Shown here one piece after another: positions 1-10,752 of a stretch of 64,000 nt of DNA; position 1 is the stretch's first letter; the number at the start of each line of letters is the position of its first letter. The translations under genes were made by a program, and so were the position numbers. The notes under the pieces were generated by a model that was given only the letters and a program-made list of their open reading frames with translations, did not search any database and was not told the origin of the DNA. Source of the stretch: Eubacteriales bacterium (lineage in GTDB: Bacteria; Bacillota; Clostridia; Oscillospirales; CAG-382); assembly GCA_045598975.1 (NCBI GenBank), contig JAZRVE010000112.1:2118-66117 (forward strand), given 5' to 3'.

Positions 1-1554
1 TATCACGATGCGCTGGCATTAGAAAAAGCGAAAAAGCTGTATCGGGCGTCGTTAAAAAGCAAAGGCGGCGACGCACGGTTTGCCATCTATAAAAAGTCGC
101 TTGACGCACGGCGAAAGGATCAGATGAGGTTCATCTATACCGTGTCGATCGAGCCGGAGAACGGACTTGCGGGCGAAAAACTGCCGGCGGGATTTGAGCG
201 TATGACGGCGGAGCCGTTCTGCGTTCCGTGCGTTGAAAAAGCGACCGAACGCCCGGTCGTCGTGGGATTCGGTCCCGCGGGGATGTTCCTTGCGTATACG
301 CTGACGCTTGCGGGACTGCGCCCGATCGTGCTCGAACGCGGTGCGGACGTGGAGGAACGTACGCGCAAGGTGAAAAAGTATTTTCGGACCGGGGAACTTG
401 ACGAAACGACCAACGTGCAGTTCGGCGAGGGCGGTGCCGGTACGTTTTCCGACGGAAAACTGCTGACGCGCATCCACGATCCGCTGTGCGCGTTCGTACT
501 CGAAACATTTGTGCGCTTCGGTGCACCGGATGAGATACAGTATCTTGCCAAACCCCATGTCGGCACGGATCGGCTGAAAGAGATCGTGCGCCGGATGCGG
601 GAGGAGATACGTGCGCGAGGTGCGGAGATCCGGTTTTGTTCCTGCGTGACGGATATCCTGCGTACCCGAAGCGGCGACGTGTCGGGGGTAGTGGTCAATC
701 ATAGTGAAAAGATTTCCTGCACGGCGCTGTTTCTGTGTATCGGACACAGCGCACGCGATACCTTCCGCACGCTGATGGCGCAGGATATATGCCTTACGGC
801 GAAGCCGTATTCGGTCGGCGTGCGCGTGGAGCATTGGCAGGAGGACATAGACAGAGCGCTGTACGGAAAATTTGCGGGATACGCGGCACTGGAAAAAGGG
901 CAGTATACCCTTTCCCTCAAAGAAAACGCCGCGGCACGGGCAGTCTATTCGTTTTGTATGTGCCCGGGCGGCAAGGTGGTGGCATCGGCTTCACAGAAGG
1001 GGACGATCGTCACCAACGGCATGAGCGATTATGCCCGCGACGGGCGTAACGCCAATGCCGCCATCGCCGTCGCCATCCGACCGGAGGATTACGGAAACAC
1101 GCCGGAAAAAGCCATGGCGTTTCAGGAAGAGATAGAAAGAAAAGCCTTCTTGCTCGCCGGTGCGGGCGGTGCGGCGCCCGTCGAGACGCTCGGTGATTTT
1201 AAGCGCGGATGCGCGCATACTGAGCCGGGGCGTATCCTGCCGAGCTATACCGGCAAAACGGCGGTGTGCGATCTGGATATGCTGTTCCCGTCGTACGTAA
1301 ACGAGCGCCTGCTTGACGGGTTTGCGGCATTTGATAAACAGATTTCCGGCTTTGCGTCGGATGATGCCGTGCTGACGGCGCCGGAAACGCGCACGTCGAG
1401 CCCGGTGCGGATCGACAGAGACGCGTTTTACCGTTCGGTTTCCTGTGCCTCCGTGTATCCCTGCGGCGAGGGCGCCGGCTATGCCGGCGGCATCACCAGC
1501 GCCGCCGTGGACGGCATCCGCACGGCACTTGCGTATATTGAGACCTTGCGATAA
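1..1554 (+). CDS. FAD-dependent oxidoreductase, COG2509-type (5' end outside the window)
   Basis: The frame of ORF 124-1554 stays open back to nt 1 (YHDALALEKAKKLYRAS...SLDARRKDQ precedes the first Met), so the gene is cut by the window edge. It has the dinucleotide-binding motif VVVGFGPAGMF and a C-terminal GEGAGYAGGI motif typical of this uncharacterised FAD-dehydrogenase family. Confidence 0.8.
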   Translation, partial: YHDALALEKAKKLYRASLKSKGGDARFAIYKKSLDARRKDQMRFIYTVSIEPENGLAGEKLPAGFERMTAEPFCVPCVEKATERPVVVGFGPAGMFLAYTLTLAGLRPIVLERGADVEERTRKVKKYFRTGELDETTNVQFGEGGAGTFSDGKLLTRIHDPLCAFVLETFVRFGAPDEIQYLAKPHVGTDRLKEIVRRMREEIRARGAEIRFCSCVTDILRTRSGDVSGVVVNHSEKISCTALFLCIGHSARDTFRTLMAQDICLTAKPYSVGVRVEHWQEDIDRALYGKFAGYAALEKGQYTLSLKENAAARAVYSFCMCPGGKVVASASQKGTIVTNGMSDYARDGRNANAAIAVAIRPEDYGNTPEKAMAFQEEIERKAFLLAGAGGAAPVETLGDFKRGCAHTEPGRILPSYTGKTAVCDLDMLFPSYVNERLLDGFAAFDKQISGFASDDAVLTAPETRTSSPVRIDRDAFYRSVSCASVYPCGEGAGYAGGITSAAVDGIRTALAYIETLR

Positions 1555-1575
1555 AACCAAAGGAGTGACAAGAGC

Positions 1576-2034
1576 ATGAAAACGAGAGGGACTGTCATCG
1601 ACGTCGGAGAAAAGACGGCGAAGGTGCGCGTCGAGCGCACGAGTGCCTGCGCTTCCTGTCACGACTGTGCCGGGAAGGACGCCTGCCACGCCGAATTTCT
1701 GCTTTCCGACAGCGGCAAAACCGTGTGTGTCACGGCTTTCAACGACGTCGGAGCAAAAGTGGGGGACACCGTGGAAGTGGAGACGGATGACCGTCCGCTT
1801 GCGTGGCTTTCGTTCGTCACGTTCGTTCTGCCGTTTTTGTTTGCCTTTGCGTGCTGGTTTGCCGCAAAAGCGTTCGGGCAGGGAACAGACGTGTGCGCCC
1901 TTTCGGCAACGGTCGGTCTTGTGGTATCGTTTGCGGTTCTTTCGCTTGCGGCAAACGCTTATTCGCGTAAGCGCGTCCGCATTTGTATCGGAAAAATCAT
2001 AGAGGAGAGCGGACGGGATACGTCCGCGACATAA
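1576..2034 (+). CDS. RseC/MucC-family (SoxR-reducing system) small membrane protein
   Basis: The N-terminus MKTRGTVIDVGEKTAKVRVERTSACASCHDCAG carries a Cys cluster and is followed by two hydrophobic helices. RBS AAGGAG lies upstream. Confidence 0.65.
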   Translation: MKTRGTVIDVGEKTAKVRVERTSACASCHDCAGKDACHAEFLLSDSGKTVCVTAFNDVGAKVGDTVEVETDDRPLAWLSFVTFVLPFLFAFACWFAAKAFGQGTDVCALSATVGLVVSFAVLSLAANAYSRKRVRICIGKIIEESGRDTSAT

Positions 2035-2038
2035 AGCC

Positions 2039-4141
2039 ATGCATATCAATAATCGCTCCAACAATGTCTGGAACACCAGAACACCGGATGAAAAGACGGT
2101 GGAAAAACTCAGCACCGAACTCGGCGTCAGCGAATTTCTGGCAAAGCTCATCGTTTCCAAGGGCTATGACGATCCGACGGAAGCGTCAAAGTTTGCCGGC
2201 GGCGGCCATGAACTGCTGCTCGATCCTTTTCTGCTTCCCGATATGGATAAGGCGGTTTCCCGCATTGAAAAGGCCATAGCGGAAAAAGAAAAGATCATGA
2301 TCTACGGCGACTATGACGTTGACGGCGTGACGTCGGTGTCCATGCTGCTGCTCTATCTGCGAGGCCGCGGTGCCGATGCCGAGTATTATATCCCCGAGCG
2401 CGTCAACGAGGGCTACGGGCTCAATCCCGGCGCCATCGCGCGCTTTCACGACGAGGGAATCCGGCTGATCATCACGGTGGACAGCGGCATCACGGCTTCG
2501 GAGGAAGTGGAGTATGCCAAGTCCCTTGGCATCGAGACGGTCGTCACCGACCACCACGAGTGCCGGGAAAGTCTGCCGGAGGCAGTGGCGGTCGTCAACC
2601 CGCACCGTGCGGACAGCGTGTACCCCTTTAAGGAACTTGCGGGCGTGGGCGTGGTGTTCAAGGTCGTATGCGCCTTGGAAAAGAATAAGAATATCCATAG
2701 GCTCTGTATGCAGTATGCCGATATCGCGGCGCTCGGAACGGTGGCGGACGTCATGCCCATCATCGGGGAAAACCGCGTCATCGTCAAAATGGGGCTCGAA
2801 CGGTTGGAAAAGACCACCAATCCCGGGCTCAAAGCGCTCATCGCCTATGCGTTCAGCGAGCGCCATTCCGGCAAGAACCGCCGTTTCACGGCGTCTTCCA
2901 TCAGTTTCGGTCTTGCGCCGCGCATCAATGCGGCGGGACGTATCGGCAACGTCAATAAAGCCGTTCAGCTTCTCATCACCGAGAATCAGGTGGAAGCCGA
3001 GAGCATCGCCGATTATCTGTGCGCCGTCAACAGGGAGCGTCAGCTTGTGGAAAACGAGATCTTTACGCAGGCGGTCGAACAGATCGAGCGCACGACCGAT
3101 TTTGAGAACGATAAAGTCATCATTCTGACGTCGGATAGCTGGCATCTCGGCGTCATCGGCATCGTTGCCTCCAAGATCACCGAGCGGTACGGATTGCCGT
3201 CCATTCTTATTTCCTTTGACGGTGACACCGGAAAGGGCTCGGGACGGAGCGTCAAGGGCTTCAATATCAACGAAGCCATCTCGCAGTGCAAGGAAAGCCT
3301 CATCAAGTACGGCGGACACGAGCTCGCGGCGGGACTGACCATCATGCGCGATCAGGTGCCGGAATTTCGCCGCAAGATCAACGAATACGCCAAAGAGACG
3401 TTTGATTTTGACGCAGTGTGTACCTATCTGGACGCCGATTTTGAGATAGGCGGCAAGGATATCACGTTAGAAAACGCGTTGGAGATCGCCAAGCTCGAAC
3501 CGTACGGACTCGGCAATGCCGAGCCGCTGTTCTGCATCCGGGACGTTCTCGTCAAGGAGCTGTACGCCATCGGCGAGGGCAAGCATCTCAAACTGGTGTT
3601 GGAAAAAGACGGCGTGTCGTTCATTGCCGTATACTTCGGAATGACCAAGGAAGCCTTCCCGTTCGCGGAAGGAATGCGGGCAGACTTTATGGCGGGACTC
3701 GGCTATAACGATTTCCGCGGCTTCAAGACGGTGCAGGTCTACGTCAAGGACGTACGCCCGGAAAAAACGGTATACGAAAGTATGTGCAATCAGATGAAAC
3801 TGTTTGAGGACGTCATGAACGGTGAGGTCACCTGCCCGCCGGAGCACGTTCCGGAGCTGATACATTTCAAGAGCATCTTTTTGCATCTGAAAGCGACGTT
3901 TGCTTATAACGAGCCGCAGATCATCTCGGTTTTCCCGGCGGCTTCGCGCATCAGTACCGATTATCACGTGGACGTGACACCGTGTATGCTCGACATCGCG
4001 TTGGAGGTCTTCCACGAATTCGGGCTCATCCGCATGAATCGCGTGGTTGCGGGAAAGGCGGAGATCGAACTGCTTCGCTCCAACGGCAAGGTGGACCTCG
4101 GCAGCTCCGCCATTTTGAAGAGGATAAAAAATAAAGCGTAA
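2039..4141 (+). CDS. recJ: single-stranded-DNA-specific exonuclease RecJ
   Basis: DHH-family motifs are present (IMIYGDYDVDGVTS, ITVDSG, VVTDHHE), with a DHHA1 region (GGHELAAG). Length is 700 aa. Confidence 0.9.
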   Translation: MHINNRSNNVWNTRTPDEKTVEKLSTELGVSEFLAKLIVSKGYDDPTEASKFAGGGHELLLDPFLLPDMDKAVSRIEKAIAEKEKIMIYGDYDVDGVTSVSMLLLYLRGRGADAEYYIPERVNEGYGLNPGAIARFHDEGIRLIITVDSGITASEEVEYAKSLGIETVVTDHHECRESLPEAVAVVNPHRADSVYPFKELAGVGVVFKVVCALEKNKNIHRLCMQYADIAALGTVADVMPIIGENRVIVKMGLERLEKTTNPGLKALIAYAFSERHSGKNRRFTASSISFGLAPRINAAGRIGNVNKAVQLLITENQVEAESIADYLCAVNRERQLVENEIFTQAVEQIERTTDFENDKVIILTSDSWHLGVIGIVASKITERYGLPSILISFDGDTGKGSGRSVKGFNINEAISQCKESLIKYGGHELAAGLTIMRDQVPEFRRKINEYAKETFDFDAVCTYLDADFEIGGKDITLENALEIAKLEPYGLGNAEPLFCIRDVLVKELYAIGEGKHLKLVLEKDGVSFIAVYFGMTKEAFPFAEGMRADFMAGLGYNDFRGFKTVQVYVKDVRPEKTVYESMCNQMKLFEDVMNGEVTCPPEHVPELIHFKSIFLHLKATFAYNEPQIISVFPAASRISTDYHVDVTPCMLDIALEVFHEFGLIRMNRVVAGKAEIELLRSNGKVDLGSSAILKRIKNKA

Positions 4142-4155
4142 GAAGGACAGAGCAC

Positions 4156-6399
4156 ATGACCGTTACCTATGAGGATCTCGAACAGCGTCTGCAAAAAACG
4201 GGACGCCCTTATCACATGGACAAGATCCGCAAAGCATATGAATATGCGGCGGATATGCACGCGGGACAGTTCCGTAAATCGGGCGAGCCGTATATCACGC
4301 ATCCGCTTTCGGTAGCGGTGATCGTGGCGGAGCTTGAACTGGACACCGACTCCATCTGTGCGGCGCTTCTTCACGATACCATAGAGGACTGCAAGGATAA
4401 GACCAACCCCGACGACCTGCGGACGCGTTTCGGAGAAACGGTGGAGGAGCTCGTCGACGGGCTGACGAAACTGACGGATATCCCCTTTGAAAGCAAGGAA
4501 GACGAGAGCATAGAAAATCTGCGCAAGATGTTTCTCGCCATGTCGAAGGATATCCGCGTCATTCTCATCAAGCTTGCGGACAGGCTTCACAATATGCGCA
4601 CGCTCAACGCCAAGAGCGAATCCCGCCAGCGTGCCATCGCACTCGAAACCATGCACGTCTACGCACCGCTTGCGCATAGGCTCGGTATCCAGCGTATCAA
4701 GATCGAACTGGAAAATCTCGCACTGCAATACCTCGATCCCATCGGCTACGAGGAGGTCAAGAAGGACATCGAGCATCGCTTCGGCGAGAGCAAGGATTTT
4801 CTGAATACCGCCAAACAGCAGGTCATGGATAAGCTCAACGAGGTGGGCATCCCGTTCAAGATCGAGGGGCGTGTCAAATCCATATACAGCATCTATAAAA
4901 AGATGTACAATCAGAATAAGAGCTTTGACGAGATATACGATTTTTACGCCATGCGCATCATCGTCAATACCGAACTCGAATGCTATACCGTTCTCGGCAT
5001 CATCCACGAGATGTTCAACCTCATGCCGGGACGCTTCAAGGACTACATTTCCACGCCGAAGCCCAATCTGTACCGCTCATTGCATACGACGGTCATCGGA
5101 AAGCAGGGTATCCCGTTCGAGGTGCAGATCCGGACGGAGGAAATGCACGAAACGGCGGAGTACGGCATCGCCGCACACTGGAAGTATAAGTCGGGCGATC
5201 TTGACAAAGAGAACATCGCGGAAAAACTCAAATGGATCAAGACGCTTATCGAAAACGAGAACACGTCGGGGGACACCGACGAATTTCTGCGTCCGCTCAA
5301 AATCGACCTGTTTGAGGACGAGACTTTTATTTTCACCCCGAAAGGGGACGTCATCAGCCTGCCCTATGGCTCAAACCCCATAGATTTTGCCTATTCCATC
5401 CATTCCGCCGTCGGCAATAAGATGGTAGGTGCCAAGGTCAACGGCGTTATCGTTCCCATCGACACGGTCTTGCAGACGGGACAGATCTGTGAGATCGTGA
5501 CGTCGGCATCCTCAAAAGGACCGAGCAGAGACTGGTTGAAAATCGTCAAGACCAGCGAAGCCAAAAACAAGATACGCCAGTGGTTCAAGAAGGAAAAGCG
5601 CGATGAGAACATCATCGAGGGCAAAGCCGAGGTCGACCGCGAATTCCGGCACTACGGCAAGGAATGCACCGAAGTGCAGAAGAACGAGATCGTGGAAACG
5701 GTCGTCAAGCGGGCGGGCTTTGTGGACGTCGACGATTTCTATAATAACGTCGGTTACGGCGGGCTTTCGCTCTCCAAGTATTCGGCGCGCTTCAAGGAAG
5801 AATACGACCGTGTCGTCAAGGCGGAGGAAGAGCCGGGCGGCAACCCGATGGAAGCGCTCGTCACGTCGGTGCAGAACCCGCTTTCCGAGATAAGGCGGGA
5901 AAAGCAGAAGCAGAGCGGCGCCATCCAGAGCGTCATCGTCGACAGCATCGACAACTGTCAGGTGCGTTTTGCCAAGTGCTGTAATCCGCTGCCGGGGGAC
6001 AGCATCATCGGCTTTGTCACGCGCGGCTTCGGGGTTTCGGTACATAAATACGACTGCCCGAACGTACAGGCGGGCTTGAAAAAAGAAGAAGAAAAAGACA
6101 GATGGCTGACGGTGCGCTGGTCGCAGGTGTCGCTGGAACAGGGCGATAATACGACGGGCTCGTATGAAGCGCTGTTACAGATATACGCCAACAGCTCTCT
6201 GCAATTGTTTGCGGATATATCGGCGGTGTTTGCCGACATGAAAGTGCCGGTGCACGCCATGAATTCCAAGGAAACGTCGGGCGGCGGTATGCTCATCAAT
6301 CTGACCATCACCTGCCGCAACACGTCTCACGTTTCGTCCATCGTCGAGCGCCTGCGCCGCATCAAGGACATCGTGGACGTCACACGCGGATTTTCCTGA
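4156..6399 (+). CDS. relA: bifunctional (p)ppGpp synthetase/hydrolase RelA/SpoT (Rel)
   Basis: It has an HD hydrolase domain (HPLSVA, LHDTIEDC), a synthetase domain (YRSLHTTV, EVQIRT), and TGS and ACT-like C-terminal regions. Length is 747 aa. Confidence 0.95.
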   Translation: MTVTYEDLEQRLQKTGRPYHMDKIRKAYEYAADMHAGQFRKSGEPYITHPLSVAVIVAELELDTDSICAALLHDTIEDCKDKTNPDDLRTRFGETVEELVDGLTKLTDIPFESKEDESIENLRKMFLAMSKDIRVILIKLADRLHNMRTLNAKSESRQRAIALETMHVYAPLAHRLGIQRIKIELENLALQYLDPIGYEEVKKDIEHRFGESKDFLNTAKQQVMDKLNEVGIPFKIEGRVKSIYSIYKKMYNQNKSFDEIYDFYAMRIIVNTELECYTVLGIIHEMFNLMPGRFKDYISTPKPNLYRSLHTTVIGKQGIPFEVQIRTEEMHETAEYGIAAHWKYKSGDLDKENIAEKLKWIKTLIENENTSGDTDEFLRPLKIDLFEDETFIFTPKGDVISLPYGSNPIDFAYSIHSAVGNKMVGAKVNGVIVPIDTVLQTGQICEIVTSASSKGPSRDWLKIVKTSEAKNKIRQWFKKEKRDENIIEGKAEVDREFRHYGKECTEVQKNEIVETVVKRAGFVDVDDFYNNVGYGGLSLSKYSARFKEEYDRVVKAEEEPGGNPMEALVTSVQNPLSEIRREKQKQSGAIQSVIVDSIDNCQVRFAKCCNPLPGDSIIGFVTRGFGVSVHKYDCPNVQAGLKKEEEKDRWLTVRWSQVSLEQGDNTTGSYEALLQIYANSSLQLFADISAVFADMKVPVHAMNSKETSGGGMLINLTITCRNTSHVSSIVERLRRIKDIVDVTRGFS

Positions 6400-6419
6400 T
6401 AAGAGAAAGGGATAACGGG

Positions 6420-6884
6420 ATGAAAGCACTCGTCCAGCGCGTTGACAGCGCCTCGGTGAAAGTGGACGGCGAGACCGTCGGCAAGATCGGGAAAGGTTTT
6501 CTGATCTTTCTCGGCGTCACGGAAAACGATACGGAAAAAGAGGCGGCGTTTCTTGCCAAAAAGACGGCAAATCTGCGTATTTTCACCGATGAGAACGGAA
6601 AGATGAATCAGTCGCCGCTCATGCTGAAAGAAAAGGGGGAGGACTGCCGGATGCTTGTGGTGTCACAGTTTACGCTGTGCGCCGACTGCAAGGGGCAGAA
6701 CCGTCCGTCGTTCATGCAGGCGGCAAAGCCGGAGACGGCTGACGCGCTGTATCGGTACTACGTAGCACAGCTTGGGGAAACGTATGGCTTCCCGACGCAG
6801 ACGGGCGTGTTCGGCGCCGATATGAAGGTGGAACTCACCAACGACGGACCGGTCACGCTGTGGCTGGATACCGAGCAGTTGTAG
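6420..6884 (+). CDS. dtd: D-aminoacyl-tRNA deacylase
   Basis: MKALVQRV start, with SQFTL and NDGPVT motifs. Size (154 aa) and position after relA are typical. Confidence 0.95.
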   Translation: MKALVQRVDSASVKVDGETVGKIGKGFLIFLGVTENDTEKEAAFLAKKTANLRIFTDENGKMNQSPLMLKEKGEDCRMLVVSQFTLCADCKGQNRPSFMQAAKPETADALYRYYVAQLGETYGFPTQTGVFGADMKVELTNDGPVTLWLDTEQL

Positions 6885-6892
6885 GAGAGATC

Positions 6893-8371
6893 ATGCGGAT
6901 CGTTTTGAAGGATGCGACGGGATGTGTTTCCGTCAATTATATACAGTCGCTCGTCTTGCTGTACCTGCCGTGCGAGACCTTTTCGGAGACGGCGGAAAAC
7001 GGGGACGGGTGGAGCCTTTCGGTATCGGCGGAAACTGACGGACAATACGGATATACGGTGTCTGTCGGGCTGGTTCTCGACGGCAGACGGACGGAAAAAA
7101 CGGAAACGTGCCTCATGCGGGAGCATGAACGCCTGTCCGTCAAGAACTTTATCGGACGGGTGTGCCTGTCGGCACTCAAAGAAGCGTTCGGTTACATGTC
7201 TCCGTGGGGCATCCTGACGGGCATCCGCCCGGCAAAGCTTGCGGCGGCGTATCTGAAAAGCCGTACGGCGGAGGAAACGGAACGTATCCTTGCGGAGACG
7301 TATGCCGTTTCGCCGCAGAAAGCACACCTGTGCGTGCAGACGGCACAGAAGGAACGCGAAATGACGGAGAATCTGCCTGACGGGACGTGCAGTTTGTATA
7401 TTTCCGTCCCGTTCTGCCCGACAAAATGCCGGTACTGTTCGTTCGTTTCGTGCACGACATCGCGGCTTCTCGCGCTGATCCCCGACTACGTCGAACGGCT
7501 GAAACGGGAGATTTCGGATATCGCGGACACCGTGAACGCGCTCGGACTGACGCTCAAAACGGTGTACGTCGGCGGAGGAACGCCGGCGGTGCTTGACGAA
7601 AAGACGCTTTCGGGACTGCTTGCACATATATCGGGCACGTTTGACATAGCATCCTTAGAGGAGTATACCTTCGAGGCGGGACGTCCGGACTGCATCACCG
7701 AAGAAAAACTGCGCCTGCTTCACGAAAACGGCGTGGGACGCGTCAGCATCAATACGCAGACGGCGAACGACGAGATATTGAAAGCGGTCGGACGCACGCA
7801 CACCTTCGCCGATTACGAAAGGTGCATGGACCTGGCAAAGCGCGTCGGCATTTCCTGCCTCAATACCGACCTTATCGCGGGACTTCCCGGAGAAACGACC
7901 GAAAGCTTTTATGACAGCGTCCGCCGCGTCTTAACAAACGAGCCGCAGAACGTCACCGTTCATGCGTTTACGCTCAAACGCTCGTCGGAGTATAAAACGG
8001 CGCATTCCGCCGTGGTCGATACGGCGTCGTTCGACGCCGGAGAAATGGTCTCGTACGCGGCGCGTGTGCTGACGGAAGCGGATTATGCGCCGTACTATCT
8101 GTACAGACAGAAGAACACGGTGGGGAATCTGGAAAACGTGGGCTATGCAAGGGACGGCTTTGAAAGCCGGTACAATATATACATGATGGGCGAATATCAT
8201 ACCGTGTTTGGAGCGGGAGCGGGAGCGGTCACCAAGCTCGTTCCGCCGGACGGTAAAAAGATACGGCGGCTTTTCGCGCCGAAGTACCCGTATGAATATC
8301 TGGACGAAAGCAAGTACGGCGGCTTTGACCGGGCGTCGGTCGAAGCGTTTTACGCCGCGTTTACAAAATAG
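6893..8371 (+). CDS. hemZ: HemN/HemZ-like radical SAM protein (oxygen-independent coproporphyrinogen-III oxidase family)
   Basis: Radical SAM cluster motif CPTKCRYCSF. The start is placed at ATG 6893 (RBS GGAGAG), just after the dtd stop, rather than at the track start 6860. relA-dtd-hemZ order is as in many Clostridia. Confidence 0.75.
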   Translation: MRIVLKDATGCVSVNYIQSLVLLYLPCETFSETAENGDGWSLSVSAETDGQYGYTVSVGLVLDGRRTEKTETCLMREHERLSVKNFIGRVCLSALKEAFGYMSPWGILTGIRPAKLAAAYLKSRTAEETERILAETYAVSPQKAHLCVQTAQKEREMTENLPDGTCSLYISVPFCPTKCRYCSFVSCTTSRLLALIPDYVERLKREISDIADTVNALGLTLKTVYVGGGTPAVLDEKTLSGLLAHISGTFDIASLEEYTFEAGRPDCITEEKLRLLHENGVGRVSINTQTANDEILKAVGRTHTFADYERCMDLAKRVGISCLNTDLIAGLPGETTESFYDSVRRVLTNEPQNVTVHAFTLKRSSEYKTAHSAVVDTASFDAGEMVSYAARVLTEADYAPYYLYRQKNTVGNLENVGYARDGFESRYNIYMMGEYHTVFGAGAGAVTKLVPPDGKKIRRLFAPKYPYEYLDESKYGGFDRASVEAFYAAFTK

Positions 8372-8383
8372 GAGAGACAGCAG

Positions 8384-10042
8384 ATGAAACAGAAAAAGCA
8401 AACCTTTGTGTTCGGCGCGTTTATTCTGATGGCGTCGGGGATCCTTGTCAAGATCATCGGAGCGGTGTTCAAGATCCCGCTCACCAACCTTATCGGCTCG
8501 GAGGGCATGTCCTATTTCGGGAAAGCCTATTCCATCTACGTCACGCTGTATATGATCTCGACGGCGGGTATCCCGGTGGCGGTCTCCAAAATGGTGGCGG
8601 CGAGCAACTGCCGCGGAAACACGCGGGAGGTAAACCGCATTTTCCGGCTGTCGTACTGGCTGTTTTTCATCATCGGACTTGTCGGGACGGTCATCATGAT
8701 CGTGTTCTCGCATCAGTTTGCCGAAGGCGCACATTCGCCTGACTCGTATCTTGCCATGATCGCCATCGCGCCGACGCTCTTCTTTATCTGTATTTCCTCG
8801 GCGTACCGCGGCTATTTTCAGGGGCTTCAGAACATGGTGCCGTCGGCTGTCTCGCAGGTCATCGAATCGGTCGGCAAAATGGCGATCGGACTTGCCGCCG
8901 CATGGTATTTCTACCGCGTTCTGAACAGACCGCTCTATCAGGTCGCCGCTCTCGTCATTTCCGGCGTCACGGTCGGCGTGTTTGCGGCGACGGTGTATAT
9001 CGCCATCGTCAAACTGCGCCATAATCGCGCGATGAAGGGGGAGAGTATACCGGATATGCCGGTGCGCACCTCGGGCGATCTGCTGAAAGAGCTTGTCGTC
9101 ACGTCGCTTCCCATCGCCCTTGCTTCGTCCATCATGGGGCTCACCAATACCGTGGACGTTTTCGTCATGTCGGGACAGCTTGTCAAGACCGGTATCACGT
9201 CGCTTGCGGCGGAGCAGTTCTACGGGGTGTATAATTCCATCGTTATCACGCTTCTCAATATGGTGCCGCCGCTCATTTACCCGTTCGGCACCAGCGTCAT
9301 TCCGGCACTTTCCGCCGCCATTGCCAAGGGCAACAGCGACGAATGTCATAAGCATATCAGCTCGGCTCTGCGCATCACGGCGATCCTGTCCATCCCGTGT
9401 GCCATCGGTATGGGCACGCTGTCCAAGGGCATCATTTCACTGCTGTATCGCGAGGAAAGCATCGACACGGGATTCGGAACGGTCATGCAGATCGACCTTG
9501 CCTCGGCGGCGCTTTCGACGGTGGCGTGCGCCATCTTCTTCCTCGGCGTCATCGCCATCACCAACTCCGTTTTGCAGGCGTACCGCTATGAAAGGTATAC
9601 CATCATTTCCACGGCGTGCGGCGTTCTCGTGAAGATCGTCTCGACGTACTTTCTGTCGGCAGTCCCCGGTATCGGTATCGTGGGAGCGGCGATCGGCACG
9701 GCGCTGTGCTACTTCACCATCATGATGCTCAATATCGTATTTCTGCTCGTCAAGGTGCGCTATTCGTTGAATATCCGTAAGATTTATCTGAAACCCGCTG
9801 TCTGCGGCATCGCGTGCGGGCTTTCGGCGTTCGGCGTGAACGCCCTTCTCGGACGGGTGCTGTCTTCGACGGCGATCGTGACGGTCGTCTCCATAGGAGC
9901 GGCGGCAGTGGTGTATTTCGCGCTGATCCTTGTTATGAAGGGCATAGACAGAGAGGATATCCTCATGCTGCCGGGTGGCGGTAAGGTCTGTGCTTTACTC
10001 GGAAAATACAATCTTATCGAAAAGGAAGAGAATAAGGCATGA
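8384..10042 (+). CDS. MOP-superfamily flippase (SpoVB / YabM / MurJ-like polysaccharide biosynthesis protein)
   Basis: 552-aa polytopic membrane protein with an N-terminus typical of SpoVB/MurJ-like proteins (ILVKIIGAVFKIPLTNLIG). It sits where yabM sits in Bacillus, upstream of mazG-yabO-yabP-yabQ-divIC. Confidence 0.75.
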   Translation: MKQKKQTFVFGAFILMASGILVKIIGAVFKIPLTNLIGSEGMSYFGKAYSIYVTLYMISTAGIPVAVSKMVAASNCRGNTREVNRIFRLSYWLFFIIGLVGTVIMIVFSHQFAEGAHSPDSYLAMIAIAPTLFFICISSAYRGYFQGLQNMVPSAVSQVIESVGKMAIGLAAAWYFYRVLNRPLYQVAALVISGVTVGVFAATVYIAIVKLRHNRAMKGESIPDMPVRTSGDLLKELVVTSLPIALASSIMGLTNTVDVFVMSGQLVKTGITSLAAEQFYGVYNSIVITLLNMVPPLIYPFGTSVIPALSAAIAKGNSDECHKHISSALRITAILSIPCAIGMGTLSKGIISLLYREESIDTGFGTVMQIDLASAALSTVACAIFFLGVIAITNSVLQAYRYERYTIISTACGVLVKIVSTYFLSAVPGIGIVGAAIGTALCYFTIMMLNIVFLLVKVRYSLNIRKIYLKPAVCGIACGLSAFGVNALLGRVLSSTAIVTVVSIGAAAVVYFALILVMKGIDREDILMLPGGGKVCALLGKYNLIEKEENKA

Positions 10043-10752
10043 CGGAAAAAATCGAAGCATTCGGAAAAAAAGAAAGGTATACCCTTGCGGACGCAGTGGA
10101 ACTGGTTGAGATTCTGCGCGGTCCGGACGGCTGTACGTGGGATAGGGAACAGACGCATTCCTCGGTGCGCAACGCACTCATCGAGGAGGCGTATGAGCTC
10201 GTCGAGGGCATTGATCTGAACGATGCGGCGCTCATGCGCGAGGAAATGGGGGACGTGCTGTTTCAGGTGCTGTTCCATGCCGAGATCGAGCGTGAAAACG
10301 GAGCGTATACCGTCGACGACGTGGCGGACGAGCTGTGTAAGAAGATGGTGCTGCGCCATCCGCACGTGTTCGGCGACGTCAAGGTAAAGGACTCCGGCGA
10401 GGTCATCGAAAACTGGGACGCTATCAAAAAGGTGGAAAAGGCACGGGATACCGTCGGTAAACAGCTCGAAAGCGTGCCCAAGACGCTGCCGTCGCTTATC
10501 CGGGCGGAGAAGCTGTTGTCGCGCTATAAAAAGAACGGCGGCAATGTGGAAAAGGACGCGGGCGTGCTCGTCGGGCGTATCCGTGAGAAGGCGGAAGCCT
10601 TGACGGAAAACGTGACGGAGGAGGAGATCGGCGAATTTCTGTTTCTCGTCGCCAATCTCACCTATGCAAAAAAGATCAATGCCGAGGAGGCGCTCTACCG
10701 CAGGAACGAGCGCTTTACGGCGGAAAAATCCAAAGAGGAAGACAACGCATGA
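10039..10752 (+). CDS. mazG: nucleoside triphosphate pyrophosphohydrolase MazG (YabN-like)
   Basis: MazG motif EEAYELVEGI...EEMGDVLFQVLFHA. Its start has a 4-nt overlap with the upstream gene. Confidence 0.85.
   Translation: MTEKIEAFGKKERYTLADAVELVEILRGPDGCTWDREQTHSSVRNALIEEAYELVEGIDLNDAALMREEMGDVLFQVLFHAEIERENGAYTVDDVADELCKKMVLRHPHVFGDVKVKDSGEVIENWDAIKKVEKARDTVGKQLESVPKTLPSLIRAEKLLSRYKKNGGNVEKDAGVLVGRIREKAEALTENVTEEEIGEFLFLVANLTYAKKINAEEALYRRNERFTAEKSKEEDNA

Noticed and set aside
7931-9355. 474-aa minus-strand ORF antisense to hemZ and the spoVB-like gene. Other long antisense ORFs are of the same kind: 991-2160, 3964-5007, 11607-12917, 13484-14569, 14702-15673, 15704-16717, 31672-32808, 34055-35005, 37224-38246, 39312-40142, 40326-41387, 44143-45069, 52532-53956, 53966-54946, 55162-56304, 57158-57967 and 58924-60027.
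   Set aside because: All are mirror images of genes with clear homology or clear membrane or lipoprotein features. All show the Arg/His/Gly/Asp-rich composition typical of antisense translation in GC-rich DNA. None has a convincing RBS.
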